A stretch of DNA of 50,358 nucleotides from a virus (lineage: Duplodnaviria; Caudoviricetes): the IMG/VR virus record IMGVR_UViG_3300030106_006546, positions 1-50,358 of that record; one strand, 5' to 3'. This document shows, one piece after another, positions 15,595 to 25,266 of the stretch. The translations under genes and the position numbers were made by a program. The notes under the pieces are model-generated. The model saw only the letters and a program-made list of their open reading frames with translations, had not been told where the DNA came from and searched no databases. Numbering within the stretch: position 1 is the stretch's first letter; each line of letters starts with the position of its first letter.

Positions 15595-15966
15595 ATGGCA
15601 GGAAAATTTATTGCATCGAATTCCGCGGTGCGTGAAAAAGTAGCTTTGCTCAAAGAAGAGAAGCGGTTGGTGCGCGAGATTGAGGCGAAGATTGTCGAAC
15701 AATCCCTCGCTGACGCGGCACACAGAAAGATGATGAGTGAGCATCGTATTGCTACAAAAATGGCAAAAATACACGGCCATGAACCACCACCACCTATTGT
15801 ATCTGCACCGCCCGAGGTTGTAGTAGAAGTCGCAGCCCCACCTGCTGTAGAGCCTGAGGTCGCGTCAGAGCCGACACCAAAAAAAGCTCCCGCAAAAAAA
15901 GCCCCTGCGAAAAAAGCTACAGCAAAAAAAGCCGCACCGAAAAAATCACCACGGAAAAAGGGATGA
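15595..15966 (+). CDS. Hypothetical protein with histone H1-like PAKK tail
   Basis: KKAPAKKAPAKKATAKKAAPKKSPRKK. Confidence 0.7.
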   Translation: MAGKFIASNSAVREKVALLKEEKRLVREIEAKIVEQSLADAAHRKMMSEHRIATKMAKIHGHEPPPPIVSAPPEVVVEVAAPPAVEPEVASEPTPKKAPAKKAPAKKATAKKAAPKKSPRKKG

Positions 15967-15969
15967 ACC

Positions 15970-16140
15970 ATGAAAGACATGACTCGAATTGAAAAAGTAG
16001 AAACGCCTACAAAAAAAATGAAGACCACGCCGACTATGCCTGACCCTGTGCGGCGCACGGTTGGCGGACCTTATCGTGTGATCAAAGCGCGCGGCTATGG
16101 TGCAGCAACGCGCGGTTACGACTTTCATGAGCGCGATTAG
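15970..16140 (+). CDS. Small basic protein (56 aa, RGYGAATRG motif)
   Basis: Translated by hand; TAG overlaps the next GTG. Confidence 0.65.
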   Translation: MKDMTRIEKVETPTKKMKTTPTMPDPVRRTVGGPYRVIKARGYGAATRGYDFHERD

Positions 16141-16322
16141 TGGACGACATTGATCTAGGCTCCCGCCTTAAACGGATTTTATCTGAGCGTCGAGAGCTGA
16201 TACGCGAAGTGTTGATGGACGGTATGCTCAAAGATATAGAGCACTATAAATCTTTGCAGGGAGAGCTGGTTATTATAAACTTGGTTGAAGACACGATCCG
16301 TGAGTATTATAAGGATGTCTAA
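16140..16322 (+). CDS. Conserved head-region hypothetical protein
   Basis: 60-aa ORF coupled to its neighbours. Confidence 0.65.
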   Translation: MDDIDLGSRLKRILSERRELIREVLMDGMLKDIEHYKSLQGELVIINLVEDTIREYYKDV

Positions 16323-16743
16323 AGTGACAGAATCAACCATTGCCTCCGCCTACGTTCCCGCCACCGAGATGGTCCTTAACCCTGATTTGTTGGAAAAAAG
16401 TGCGCTTGAGCGGTTACCGCAACCCACAGGCTGGCGGATGCTCGTTATGCCGTGGAAAGGGAAAGCAACCACTGAGGGTGGCATTCATCTCCTCAAAGAA
16501 ACCGTAGACCGGGAGGCGCTGGCCACCGTCGTCGCCCTTGTTTTGAAGATGGGGCCGCTTTGTTACGGCGACACTGAAAAGTTCGGGGACACACCCTGGG
16601 TCTCTGAAAACCAGTGGGTGTTGATCGGGCGTTATGCTGGCGCGCGCTTCAAATTGGAGGACGGCGAAGAGGTTCGTATTATCAATGATGACGAGGTCAT
16701 CGGCACAATTCTACACCCCGCAGACATAGTGAGTTTCAAATGA
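16315..16743 (+). CDS. groES: Co-chaperonin GroES (Cpn10)-like protein
   Basis: PQPTGWRMLV...TEGGIHL...RYAG...RIINDDEVIG Cpn10 pattern. Confidence 0.88.
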   Translation: MSKVTESTIASAYVPATEMVLNPDLLEKSALERLPQPTGWRMLVMPWKGKATTEGGIHLLKETVDREALATVVALVLKMGPLCYGDTEKFGDTPWVSENQWVLIGRYAGARFKLEDGEEVRIINDDEVIGTILHPADIVSFK

Positions 16744-17702
16744 TTGAGAATCAAGCAGCAGAGCAACAAGAGGTTATTGAAGAGCAGTTAGAAATTCAGG
16801 TCACTGAAGATCCCGTTGAGTCGCCGTCGTCCTCAGGCGGTGATGATGAGCTAGAAACGTACACAAAGTCGGTCTCGAAGCGCATCAACAAGCTGAACGC
16901 CAAAGCACGCGAGGCCGAGCAGCGCGCTCAACAACTCGAACAGATCGCACTGCAAAAAGAGGCGGAGTTGCAACAATACCGCACGTACTCACAACAGCAG
17001 TCGAACCAGGTGTTGGCTAAAGAAGAGGAAGCCATCACAAGTAAAGAAGCGCAGATTGATGATGTCTATCGCAAAGCCGTTGAGAGCGGAGACGCGGAAC
17101 TCATTACTAAAGCGTCAAAATTACAAAGTGACATCTCCATCCAAAAAGAAAAACTGCGGGTTGCGAAAGCAAGACAACAAGCAGCGGCTCAGGAGCAAGA
17201 ATATATATCCCAGGGCAATGAACAGCCTGTCTATCAACAACCAGAACAGCCCGCAGAACAAGAGATTCAGCCAACCGAGGACGCTTTGGCTTGGCATGAG
17301 CGTAACCCTTGGTATGCAAACAAAGATGATGAAGAGGACATGAAGGCAACGCAGTTTGCGTATTACGTTCATTATAACCTCGCCAACGAAGGTTACGATG
17401 TTGGCTCGGATGAATACTATGAGGAGTTGGACAGTCGCGTAGGCACAGTTTATCCTCACACTAGAACTTCTCAAAATAGAAGTCAGACCGTTAGAAGTGA
17501 AGCGCAACCCGCTGTGCAAAGAGTTGCATCAGCCTCCGCAGGAGGTCGGTCAAAAACACAAGGCAAAAAGAATGGCGTAAGCTTTTCGAAGTCAGAGCTC
17601 GAGCGTCTCAGAGGCCTCAAGCCGCACAATATGTCAGAAGAGGCATGGTTGCAGCGAGTCGCCAAAGAGAAGCAAAAAATCGCACAAAGAGAGGCAAGTT
17701 AA
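16740..17702 (+). CDS. Putative capsid scaffolding protein
   Basis: Acidic coiled coil with a WxxRNPW motif; upstream of the capsid genes. Confidence 0.7.
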   Translation: MIENQAAEQQEVIEEQLEIQVTEDPVESPSSSGGDDELETYTKSVSKRINKLNAKAREAEQRAQQLEQIALQKEAELQQYRTYSQQQSNQVLAKEEEAITSKEAQIDDVYRKAVESGDAELITKASKLQSDISIQKEKLRVAKARQQAAAQEQEYISQGNEQPVYQQPEQPAEQEIQPTEDALAWHERNPWYANKDDEEDMKATQFAYYVHYNLANEGYDVGSDEYYEELDSRVGTVYPHTRTSQNRSQTVRSEAQPAVQRVASASAGGRSKTQGKKNGVSFSKSELERLRGLKPHNMSEEAWLQRVAKEKQKIAQREAS

Positions 17703-18176
17703 ATGGCAGAAACAAAAGCAAGCGCACGTTCATCCCGTGATTCGCAGTCCCACGATAAATCGATGCGACGTAAACCCTGGAAACCTGTTCGTTCACTCGA
17801 AACACCAACACCCCCGGAAGGTTACACCTACCGATGGATTCGGGAGTCGATGCTAGGTCAAGAAGACCGTGCAAACGTGTCACGACGTTTGCGTGAGGGC
17901 TGGGAGTTAGTGCGCGGCACTGAACTGCCACCTGAATGGCGATCTTTGCCTACCCTTGACAATGGACGGCATGAAGGCGTGGTTTACAACGAAGGGTTGC
18001 TTCTTGCGAAGATTCCTAACGAAACGGTGGAAGAGCGGCGTGCGTACTACGCGGACAAATCTCAACAAGCCACGGATGCCTTGGATAATACGATGTTCAA
18101 TGAAACACGGGGCGACAGCCGTTACGTCAAATACGATCCTCAGCGAGATAGCAACGTCACTTTTGGACGCAGATAG
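17703..18176 (+). CDS. Conserved head-module protein
   Basis: 157 aa; YRWIR...REGWE motif. Confidence 0.7.
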   Translation: MAETKASARSSRDSQSHDKSMRRKPWKPVRSLETPTPPEGYTYRWIRESMLGQEDRANVSRRLREGWELVRGTELPPEWRSLPTLDNGRHEGVVYNEGLLLAKIPNETVEERRAYYADKSQQATDALDNTMFNETRGDSRYVKYDPQRDSNVTFGRR

Positions 18177-18190
18177 CGAGGTAATTTCAA

Positions 18191-18775
18191 ATGGCGAATA
18201 AAGACGCTGCATTTGGCATGAAGCCCGTCAGAATGATTGGCGGCGCACCTTACACTGGCGGCACAAGTCGATATCGTATTGCGGCAAATTACGGCACATC
18301 CATCTTTCAAGGCGACATGGTCGCTCAGGTTACAGGTGGTACGGTCGAAGTTCACGCAGACGGCGGGACAGTCCCCATTGTAGGTGTTTTCAACGGTTGT
18401 CAGTTCACCGATCCTACAAGTGGGGAACAGGTGTTCAGCAACTTCTATCCAGCAAGCACAAACGCATCCGACATCATCGCATTCATCATCGATGATCCGA
18501 ATGTTGTTTTTGAGGTCCAAGCGGACGACACGTTCCCAGTTGCTGATCTGTTCGGCAATTTTGATATCGTGTACACCAGCTCGGGCAGCACACTCACTGG
18601 CATTTCAGGTGCTGAGTTGGATGTGACAACGGGAGCAACAAACACCACTCTCCCGATTAAGGCGATTGACATTTCACAAGATCCGAACAACGACGACGTT
18701 GCATCGGCGAACACTAACGTGCTTGTGGTCATTCAAAACTCAATCTACGGCGTCAAAGGCGCTGGCTTAGCATAA
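18191..18775 (+). CDS. Putative capsid decoration/minor capsid protein
   Basis: MANKDAAFGMKP start; immediately before the major capsid gene. Confidence 0.65.
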   Translation: MANKDAAFGMKPVRMIGGAPYTGGTSRYRIAANYGTSIFQGDMVAQVTGGTVEVHADGGTVPIVGVFNGCQFTDPTSGEQVFSNFYPASTNASDIIAFIIDDPNVVFEVQADDTFPVADLFGNFDIVYTSSGSTLTGISGAELDVTTGATNTTLPIKAIDISQDPNNDDVASANTNVLVVIQNSIYGVKGAGLA

Positions 18776-18786
18776 GGAGCTGAACA

Positions 18787-19704
18787 ATGGCTATTTCAAG
18801 AGCCCAGCTCGCTAAAGAGTTGGAACCCGGTCTGAACTCGTTATTCGGCATGTCGTATGATAGTTACGACCGCGAATATGAAGAAATATTCGCAATCGAA
18901 GACTCTCAGCGTGCATTCGAAGAAGAGGTGCTTATCACTGGATTTGGTGGTGCGCCGACCAAAACGGAAGGTCAAGGTGTTGCGTTTGACAATGCAAGTG
19001 AGTCATTCACTGCTAGGTATACGCACGATACGGTGGCTTTAGCATTTGCCCTCACCGACGAAGCTGTGGAGGACAATCTCTACGATTCATTAGGCAAGCG
19101 ATATGTGAAGGCTTTGGCCCGATCTATGGCTAACACCAAAGAGGTCAAAGGTGCGGATGTTTTGAACAATGCGTTCTCATCCAGCTTTACGGGTGGTGAC
19201 GGCGTATCGCTGATCAACACGGCTCATCCGCTGGCGGGTGGTGGCACTGCCGCAAACCGTGCGACCTCAATGGCCGACCTAAATGAGACCTCGTTGGAAG
19301 ATGCGCTGATTGACATCAGCACGTTTACTGACGACAAGGGTCTGACCATTTCGGTCCAAGCAACCAAATTGGTTGTACCGCCTCAACTGGTATTTGTTGC
19401 CGATCGCATCTTGAACTCAACACTGCGTTCAGGAACGGCTGACAACGATATCAACGCGATCCGTAACACGGGCGTGTTGCCAGGTGGGTACACGGTCAAC
19501 CACTACTTGGCTGATCCCGATGCCTTCTTCATCCTGACCAGCGTCACAGATGCGGGTGAAGGCTTGAAGATGTTCCAGCGTACTGCGATGGAGACCAGCA
19601 TGGAGCCTGACTTTACGACAGGCAACATACGCTATAAGGCGCGCGAGAGGTACTCGTTCGGCTTCTCCGACTGGCGGGGCATTTATGGTTCGCAAGGTGC
19701 GTAA
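18787..19704 (+). CDS. Major capsid protein
   Basis: MAISRAQLAKELEPGLN...KARERYSFGFSDWRGIYGS, characteristic of this marine podovirus lineage. Strong RBS and a downstream terminator. Confidence 0.9.
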   Translation: MAISRAQLAKELEPGLNSLFGMSYDSYDREYEEIFAIEDSQRAFEEEVLITGFGGAPTKTEGQGVAFDNASESFTARYTHDTVALAFALTDEAVEDNLYDSLGKRYVKALARSMANTKEVKGADVLNNAFSSSFTGGDGVSLINTAHPLAGGGTAANRATSMADLNETSLEDALIDISTFTDDKGLTISVQATKLVVPPQLVFVADRILNSTLRSGTADNDINAIRNTGVLPGGYTVNHYLADPDAFFILTSVTDAGEGLKMFQRTAMETSMEPDFTTGNIRYKARERYSFGFSDWRGIYGSQGA

Positions 19705-19723
19705 AGCCCTCACAGAGCGATTG

Positions 19724-19745
19724 GGGGGCTTCTAGCCCCCTGTTT
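19724..19745 (+). terminator. Rho-independent terminator after the major capsid gene
   Basis: GGGGGCT-TCT-AGCCCCC followed by TGTTT. Confidence 0.7.
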
Positions 19746-19747
19746 CA

Positions 19748-20053
19748 TCAGGGTTTCACGATAGCAACCACCCAACCTTCAAAATCTTCGGCAAGATCCC
19801 AGAGTAGAGCGACCTCTGCCCCACGGTTTTTGTGAAAATTGTAGACGACCAGAGCCTGAAGATACGCTTCGCTCTCTATCCAAAATAAGCGCAAATCCGC
19901 TTTACTATCGACGTCGTTTACAAAAGGTTTGTAAACGTCCATCCTTTCTTCAATCAATAGACAGGGCATAACACAAGACGTGTGAAACATAAGGTCTATG
20001 TCTTGTGACGTAATTTCAAATGCGAGTTCCATATAAAGTCTCCTTTGTGACAC
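19748..20053 (-). CDS. Moron-like hypothetical gene antisense within the structural module
   Basis: Open frame with its own promoter; probable ATG at 20032 after AAGGAG. Confidence 0.7.
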   Translation of the reverse strand: MSQRRLYMELAFEITSQDIDLMFHTSCVMPCLLIEERMDVYKPFVNDVDSKADLRLFWIESEAYLQALVVYNFHKNRGAEVALLWDLAEDFEGWVVAIVKP

Positions 20054-20057
20054 ACAC

Positions 20058-20087
20058 AGTATAAACTCACTCCGTGTCGATGTGCAA
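20058..20087 (-). promoter_or_regulatory. Sigma70-like promoter containing the phage motif
   Basis: The minus strand reads TTGCAC-ATCGACACGGAGTGAGTT-TATACT. Confidence 0.65.
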
Positions 20088-20224
20088 CTATTTGCACACT
20101 ACTTTTATTACAGGTTATTCATAAGTATTTGACCCCCCTTTTTTTGTTTTACAGGTTCACATACACTGAGAGGGTCAGATGGTGATCAGATGGGCTGATT
20201 ACTGGTTTTCACAGGAGAACTTTC

Positions 20225-20935
20225 ATGACTACTCATTTCACTTCAGGCGTCACTAACGTCACTGCGTCAGGCACTTCTGGCAAACTCAAAATGCCAGCGC
20301 CGCAGAAATATCACACTTACTTCAACGACTTCGATACCTACCTGGCATCAGATTGGACGATCACCACCACAGAAGGTGGATCGGGCAATGCGTCAGAAGC
20401 TTTGGGTGATGGAGACGGCGGTCTATTAGTCATTACAAATGACGACGCCGACAACGACAACGACTTTCTCCAGCTTGTAAAGGAAGGCTTTAAGTTTGAG
20501 TCAACCAAGCAGCTTGCGTTCTCAGCGCGTATGAAGACTAGCGATGCGGATGCCTCTGACGTTGTCATGGGACTGCAGCTCACTGACACGTCACCACTGG
20601 ATGTAACAGATGGCATTTTCTTTTTGCTGACCGATGGCTCGACGACGCTACAATTCATCGTTGAAAAAGATGGCACGCAAAGCACGCTGAACTTGCCGAC
20701 AGTCATGGCTGACGATACCTTCATGACGGTTGGTTTCCTATTTGACCCGAAAGATCAGCTTTTCCATGTGTACCAAAACAACGCTGAAGTCGGCACCGTG
20801 GTCAGTACCAACGCTCCCGATGACGAGGAGCTGACAGTCAGCTTTGGCATCCAAAATGGCGCCGCAGCCGCAAAAGTTTTGACCGTTGACTACATCAGCG
20901 CGATGAAAGAGCGAACAGCCACCACTGAACTCTAA
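20225..20935 (+). CDS. Putative virion protein, beta-rich
   Basis: 236 aa; AGGAG RBS; MTTHFTSGV start. Confidence 0.65.
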   Translation: MTTHFTSGVTNVTASGTSGKLKMPAPQKYHTYFNDFDTYLASDWTITTTEGGSGNASEALGDGDGGLLVITNDDADNDNDFLQLVKEGFKFESTKQLAFSARMKTSDADASDVVMGLQLTDTSPLDVTDGIFFLLTDGSTTLQFIVEKDGTQSTLNLPTVMADDTFMTVGFLFDPKDQLFHVYQNNAEVGTVVSTNAPDDEELTVSFGIQNGAAAAKVLTVDYISAMKERTATTEL

Positions 20936-20947
20936 CGGAGGTGACAC

Positions 20948-21352
20948 ATGGCTGATGCAGTTACGAGCCAAACTATTCAGGATGGTGAACGCAAAGCCGT
21001 TCTGAAGTTTACTAATGCTAGTGATGGCACGGGTGAATCGGCGGTCAAAAAAGTCGATGTATCCGCGTTGACGTCAAACTCGGCTGGGTTGTCGTGCAAC
21101 CGAGTCACCATAAATAAGATTTGGTGGCAGTGTACGGGCATGTCAGTAAAGATCGAGTTCGACGCAACAAGCAACGTGCTCGCCATCGGGCTGAGTGAGG
21201 ATAGCAACGGTTATCATGACTACAGTGATTTCAGTGGTATTCCTAATAACGCTGGGTCTGGCATCACGGGCGATCTTGATTTTACGACGGTAGGCCACTC
21301 AAGCGGGGATACTTACATGATCGTCCTTGAGTTGATCAAATCGTATGGCTGA
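20948..21352 (+). CDS. Putative virion structural protein
   Basis: 134 aa; GGAGG RBS. Confidence 0.65.
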   Translation: MADAVTSQTIQDGERKAVLKFTNASDGTGESAVKKVDVSALTSNSAGLSCNRVTINKIWWQCTGMSVKIEFDATSNVLAIGLSEDSNGYHDYSDFSGIPNNAGSGITGDLDFTTVGHSSGDTYMIVLELIKSYG

Positions 21353-21638
21353 TACGTCTGACGTCAAACGCACAAAATCGGGAAGACTCGTTTATCGTGG
21401 CGAGTCCTTCCCTGGTTACAACAAGCAAAAAAGGACGCCCGGCAAAAACAAAAAGTTTGCCGTGCTTGCCAAAAAGGGCGATCAAGTAAAAATCGTGCGA
21501 TACGGTGACCCCAACATGAAAATCAAAAAGGCAAGCCCAGAAAGGCGCAAAAACTTTCGTGCTCGCCATAATTGCGATGCGGTGGAGAAAAAGAAAGACG
21601 TCTTTGCTGCAAGCTATTGGTCTTGCAAAAATTGGTGA
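21345..21638 (+). CDS. Small basic protein (RRKNFRARHNC...YWSCKNW)
   Basis: 97 aa, Lys/Arg-rich with conserved Cys/His residues. Confidence 0.7.
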   Translation: MADTSDVKRTKSGRLVYRGESFPGYNKQKRTPGKNKKFAVLAKKGDQVKIVRYGDPNMKIKKASPERRKNFRARHNCDAVEKKKDVFAASYWSCKNW

Positions 21639-21643
21639 GATAA

Positions 21644-23233
21644 ATGGATGAAGACAGCGATTTAGCGCGGGCGATAGCAGAGTATTCCAATCCCACAACG
21701 TCGTATTCAGCGTTGGAAGATTACCTCATGCAGCGTCCTGTGTTTGACCGTGGACCACGGGAGGCTGTCAATTTGCCCTCCTTACGACGCCTCGATGCTC
21801 CGATGCCGACAGAAACTCAAGCAGACCGATTCAGCGATCTTATTGCAGAGCAACGCGCCTTGGACACCGCAGATCGTCAAAGCGAAATTGATAATTTGCG
21901 TGATTTGTTACGTGAAGAGCTGGCAAGCTCTGAAGACGCCGCGCGCGCAGAGCGGTCTGACGTCACCAAAGCCCTTGAAGGTCGTATTGATGAGTTGCGA
22001 CGTGGGATCGACGCTGAGACGCTAGATTTGCGACAGGCTGGCCTTGATGAGCGTGCAGCTTTAGCGCGTCAGATCGAGGAAGGCGATAAAATCGTCCGTG
22101 AAGCACAAGAGCTTTCTGTCAGTAATTTGCAAGATCGCCTTTTTTCTCTATCTGATGACTTAGCGAACATTAACTCAGCGATTGATCAAAATTACGAACA
22201 ACTGACAGAGTCTCAAAAAGCAACCGCAGACTCTACACAGACTGAGATTGACGGCCTAAACCAACAGCTTGAAAGCTTATACGACGATGTAGAATCCGGG
22301 CAAGCGGCCGCGTCGGATAGTATTCGCGCAGATACGGCAAAATTAATAGAGGGCTTAGAGAATCGTATTGGCGGTGTTGCTGACAATCTGGCGTCTTTGC
22401 CTATCGAAACAATTCAATCTGAGCTCGCATCAGTCAGCACTCAAGCCGCACAGTTTCAGCAAGCTATGGATGCCGCTACCAGTGAGCGCGCAGAGCTCTC
22501 TTCGCGCATCGCGGCGCTTCAAGATGCGGGCCTCACGCAAGAAGATTTGGCGGCGGCAATAAGTCCTATTGAACAACAACGACAGCAAGCGATTTCGGCC
22601 GCCGTCAGCCCTCTGCAAAAACAAATAGCAGACCTTCAACAGGCGGTCCCGGCTGAGGTGGACACAGACGCTTTGCGTCAGCAAATCAAGGATGAAATCT
22701 TGGCAAGCTTGCCAGAGGCGACGCCAACTACAACGACGCCCGCCGCAAGTCTCCCTGGCGCATCCGTTGCGACGCCTGGTGTGGGTTCAGGCGAAGGTAA
22801 TTTGATGGATTACCAAGGCCCATCATTTGGCGAAACGCCAGACTCTTTCGGCTTCAACGCTCCAGCAAGTTTGAATATGTCCGATGGTAGAGCTGATGCG
22901 CTGGGCGTTTTTGATGATCCGGCCGGGACGGAAGTTGTGGCGGGCGTTCCACTAACTGTCACATTACCCGCGGGAGGATCAAATGATGATCCGGCCGGAC
23001 CGGGCGATCGAGGACCCAATCCCGCGGTAGGAAGACGGCCCGATGGCAGCATCATTACTTTGTTAGATACTCAAACAAATCCTATAGATTTTGAGTTAGC
23101 GTTTGGTAAACCTGCGAATGAAAAAACACCAAGAGCAACTCCGCCCCCGCCTCCAAGTGGTAATGTCGGAATTATGCCTGTCCCAGATGACAGGTTAGTC
23201 GAAGCACCTAGATTACCCGGGGTCATTGATTGA
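21644..23233 (+). CDS. Long coiled-coil protein with Pro/Gly-rich C-terminus
   Basis: 529 aa; heptad-rich and acidic. Confidence 0.75.
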   Translation: MDEDSDLARAIAEYSNPTTSYSALEDYLMQRPVFDRGPREAVNLPSLRRLDAPMPTETQADRFSDLIAEQRALDTADRQSEIDNLRDLLREELASSEDAARAERSDVTKALEGRIDELRRGIDAETLDLRQAGLDERAALARQIEEGDKIVREAQELSVSNLQDRLFSLSDDLANINSAIDQNYEQLTESQKATADSTQTEIDGLNQQLESLYDDVESGQAAASDSIRADTAKLIEGLENRIGGVADNLASLPIETIQSELASVSTQAAQFQQAMDAATSERAELSSRIAALQDAGLTQEDLAAAISPIEQQRQQAISAAVSPLQKQIADLQQAVPAEVDTDALRQQIKDEILASLPEATPTTTTPAASLPGASVATPGVGSGEGNLMDYQGPSFGETPDSFGFNAPASLNMSDGRADALGVFDDPAGTEVVAGVPLTVTLPAGGSNDDPAGPGDRGPNPAVGRRPDGSIITLLDTQTNPIDFELAFGKPANEKTPRATPPPPPSGNVGIMPVPDDRLVEAPRLPGVID

Positions 23234-23274
23234 CCCAGTCGAATTGATCGCAACGTCGCATTCAGGAGATAATT

Positions 23275-23646
23275 ATGGCCAGTGAAGTACCAAAAAACGT
23301 AGCGAACCCCGCCCTTTATCGAAAGGCAAAAGCAAAAGCGAAGCGTAAATTTGATGTTTTTCCCAGCGCTTACGCCAGCGGGTATTTAGTTTCTGAGTAC
23401 AAGCGAATGGGCGGAAAATATAAGGGCGCCAGCGGCGGCGAGGTAACACTTGATCCGGTGAAAAGCGATCTTGATAAAGATGGCAAACTCAGTAAATATG
23501 AAAAAAAACGCGGCACGGCTATTGCCAAGAGCATGGCGAAGCAAGCCAAAGGGATGCGAAATGGGGGCACCGTTATGGTGCAGAGTCGCGGTTGTGGTGC
23601 AATTATGCCGGGCAAACAGAAAATGACGAGAGTACCCCGTGGCTAA
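23275..23646 (+). CDS. Small basic protein with shared C-terminal RGCGA...KMTRVPRG tail
   Basis: 123 aa; PSAYASG..V..YKRMGG motif. Confidence 0.75.
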   Translation: MASEVPKNVANPALYRKAKAKAKRKFDVFPSAYASGYLVSEYKRMGGKYKGASGGEVTLDPVKSDLDKDGKLSKYEKKRGTAIAKSMAKQAKGMRNGGTVMVQSRGCGAIMPGKQKMTRVPRG

Positions 23647-23998
23647 ACCCCAAGGCGGCCTCAAAAAGTGGTTTGGCAAAGGTAAGGGCGGCGATTGGGT
23701 CGATATTGGTGCGCCTAAAAAAGATGGCAAGTTTCAGGCGTGCGGCCGAGCAAAAGCCAAAGGCTCCAAGCGCAAGTATCCAAAATGTGTGCCTCGCTCT
23801 GAAGCCCGACAGATGACTGCTGCCGAAAGAAAAAGTGCGGTCAGAAGAAAACGAGCGAAGCCTCAAGGCGTAGGTGGCAGGCCTACAAACGTCCCTACTT
23901 ACGCACGCGATGGCGGTGCTGTTACGATGATACAGGCGCGCGGTTGTGGCGCTATTTTGCCCAGCAAGCAAAAAATGACGAGGGTGCCGCGTGGGTAA
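23639..23998 (+). CDS. Small basic protein with shared C-terminal RGCGA...KMTRVPRG tail
   Basis: 119 aa; GGLKKWF...YPKCVP motif. Confidence 0.75.
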   Translation: MAKPQGGLKKWFGKGKGGDWVDIGAPKKDGKFQACGRAKAKGSKRKYPKCVPRSEARQMTAAERKSAVRRKRAKPQGVGGRPTNVPTYARDGGAVTMIQARGCGAILPSKQKMTRVPRG

Positions 23999-24110
23999 AA
24001 AATGGAGTGCTGCGCGAAAGCGCAAAATCAACTGTTCCAATCCACGGGGGTTTTCACAGAAAGCCCACTGTGCAGGGCGGAAAAAACGATCTCAAAATAG
24101 GAGTAAGTGA
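23991..24110 (+). CDS. Tiny basic protein (39 aa, KWSAARKRKINCSNPRGFSQKAHC)
   Basis: Translated by hand; overlaps the previous stop. Confidence 0.6.
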   Translation: MGKKWSAARKRKINCSNPRGFSQKAHCAGRKKRSQNRSK

Positions 24111-24112
24111 AA

Positions 24113-24565
24113 ATGGCAGGACACAAGAAAAAAGGTATGAAAGCAAAAGGCATGAAAGCTGGCGGCAAAATGATGGTCAAAGGTAAAGCTGTCGGCGGCT
24201 TGATGAAAGGCATAAAAAAATTGAATTTGGGTAAGGGTATGAAGCCCGCACCCGCCAAACCTACCCCCCCACCAGCGGCGCCCAAACCTAGAAGAAACGC
24301 AAAGCCAGGTACTCGCGCCGCGGGTGCGGGACAAGTCTCGGGAGGCAGAGGCCCGCAACTGAGCAGCAGAGGCACCAGAGCGATGCTCACTAGGATGAAA
24401 AAAGGCGACATGCCGGGGCCGTTGCGTCGGGCCAAAGGCGGCACGATGAAAGCGAAGGGTATGGCGAAAGGTGGCAAGATGGCTACAAAAAGCTATGCCA
24501 AAGGCGGCGCGACAGGTGGCATGAGAAAGCCCTCCAACAAGAATAGCGGGTTGTATGGCCGATAA
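24113..24565 (+). CDS. Lys/Met/Gly-rich basic protein
   Basis: Repeated MKAKG/MAKGG units; AGGAG RBS. Confidence 0.7.
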   Translation: MAGHKKKGMKAKGMKAGGKMMVKGKAVGGLMKGIKKLNLGKGMKPAPAKPTPPPAAPKPRRNAKPGTRAAGAGQVSGGRGPQLSSRGTRAMLTRMKKGDMPGPLRRAKGGTMKAKGMAKGGKMATKSYAKGGATGGMRKPSNKNSGLYGR

Positions 24566-24567
24566 GA

Positions 24568-25266
24568 GTGGCGTATCTACAAAGCAACATACCCTATTTC
24601 AAATGTTGGGTTCGTAGAGAATACACACACAATCACGCGAAGTATCACGGCGAGTTCATCCATGCGATGGCCATCGCCGTGACCACGATGCCGACGCGAT
24701 GTTTGAGCTTTCAAGTCATCTTCACGGGTGCAGAGACCTATGACGATGAAAATGAGCCAAACGTGCATGGCGGCGCGATGTGGGCTCGTATGCCAATCAC
24801 TGCCCTGGTTGGCGATACACCGCTTGAGGAGTGGCCCGAGCCTATGCCTGTGTGGGCTGCACAACCGTGGGATTGCTCGTCGCGAGATCATTCGGTCTAT
24901 GTGCTAGATCGTTGCACGCCTTGTCCGTGGCTGGCCAAAATCGATGGTGAAATGTATCCTGCCAAATATCTTTTCACCGTCGATTACACGAACAACGAAA
25001 TCGCGGACGACCCGGCCCAACACAAGCAAAGCCACGTACTCGAGTTGCTCGATGCTGGCCCGTGGACTGGCAATATCGTTGCACTACCCAACAACCGCGT
25101 GCGCGTCACGCATCCCGCTTGGTTCGAAACGGGCGAGGGCGCCCCAGACTTCCGTCCATCCCAACATATTCATTACAGCAAAAGCGATTTAGACTACACT
25201 CTTGATGTGAACCAGGTGTTCGACAACCTGTACGCGGAGACAGACGATGACGGTGAGCGGGAGTAA
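24568..25266 (+). CDS. Conserved phage hypothetical protein
   Basis: 232 aa, globular composition. Confidence 0.75.
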   Translation: MAYLQSNIPYFKCWVRREYTHNHAKYHGEFIHAMAIAVTTMPTRCLSFQVIFTGAETYDDENEPNVHGGAMWARMPITALVGDTPLEEWPEPMPVWAAQPWDCSSRDHSVYVLDRCTPCPWLAKIDGEMYPAKYLFTVDYTNNEIADDPAQHKQSHVLELLDAGPWTGNIVALPNNRVRVTHPAWFETGEGAPDFRPSQHIHYSKSDLDYTLDVNQVFDNLYAETDDDGERE

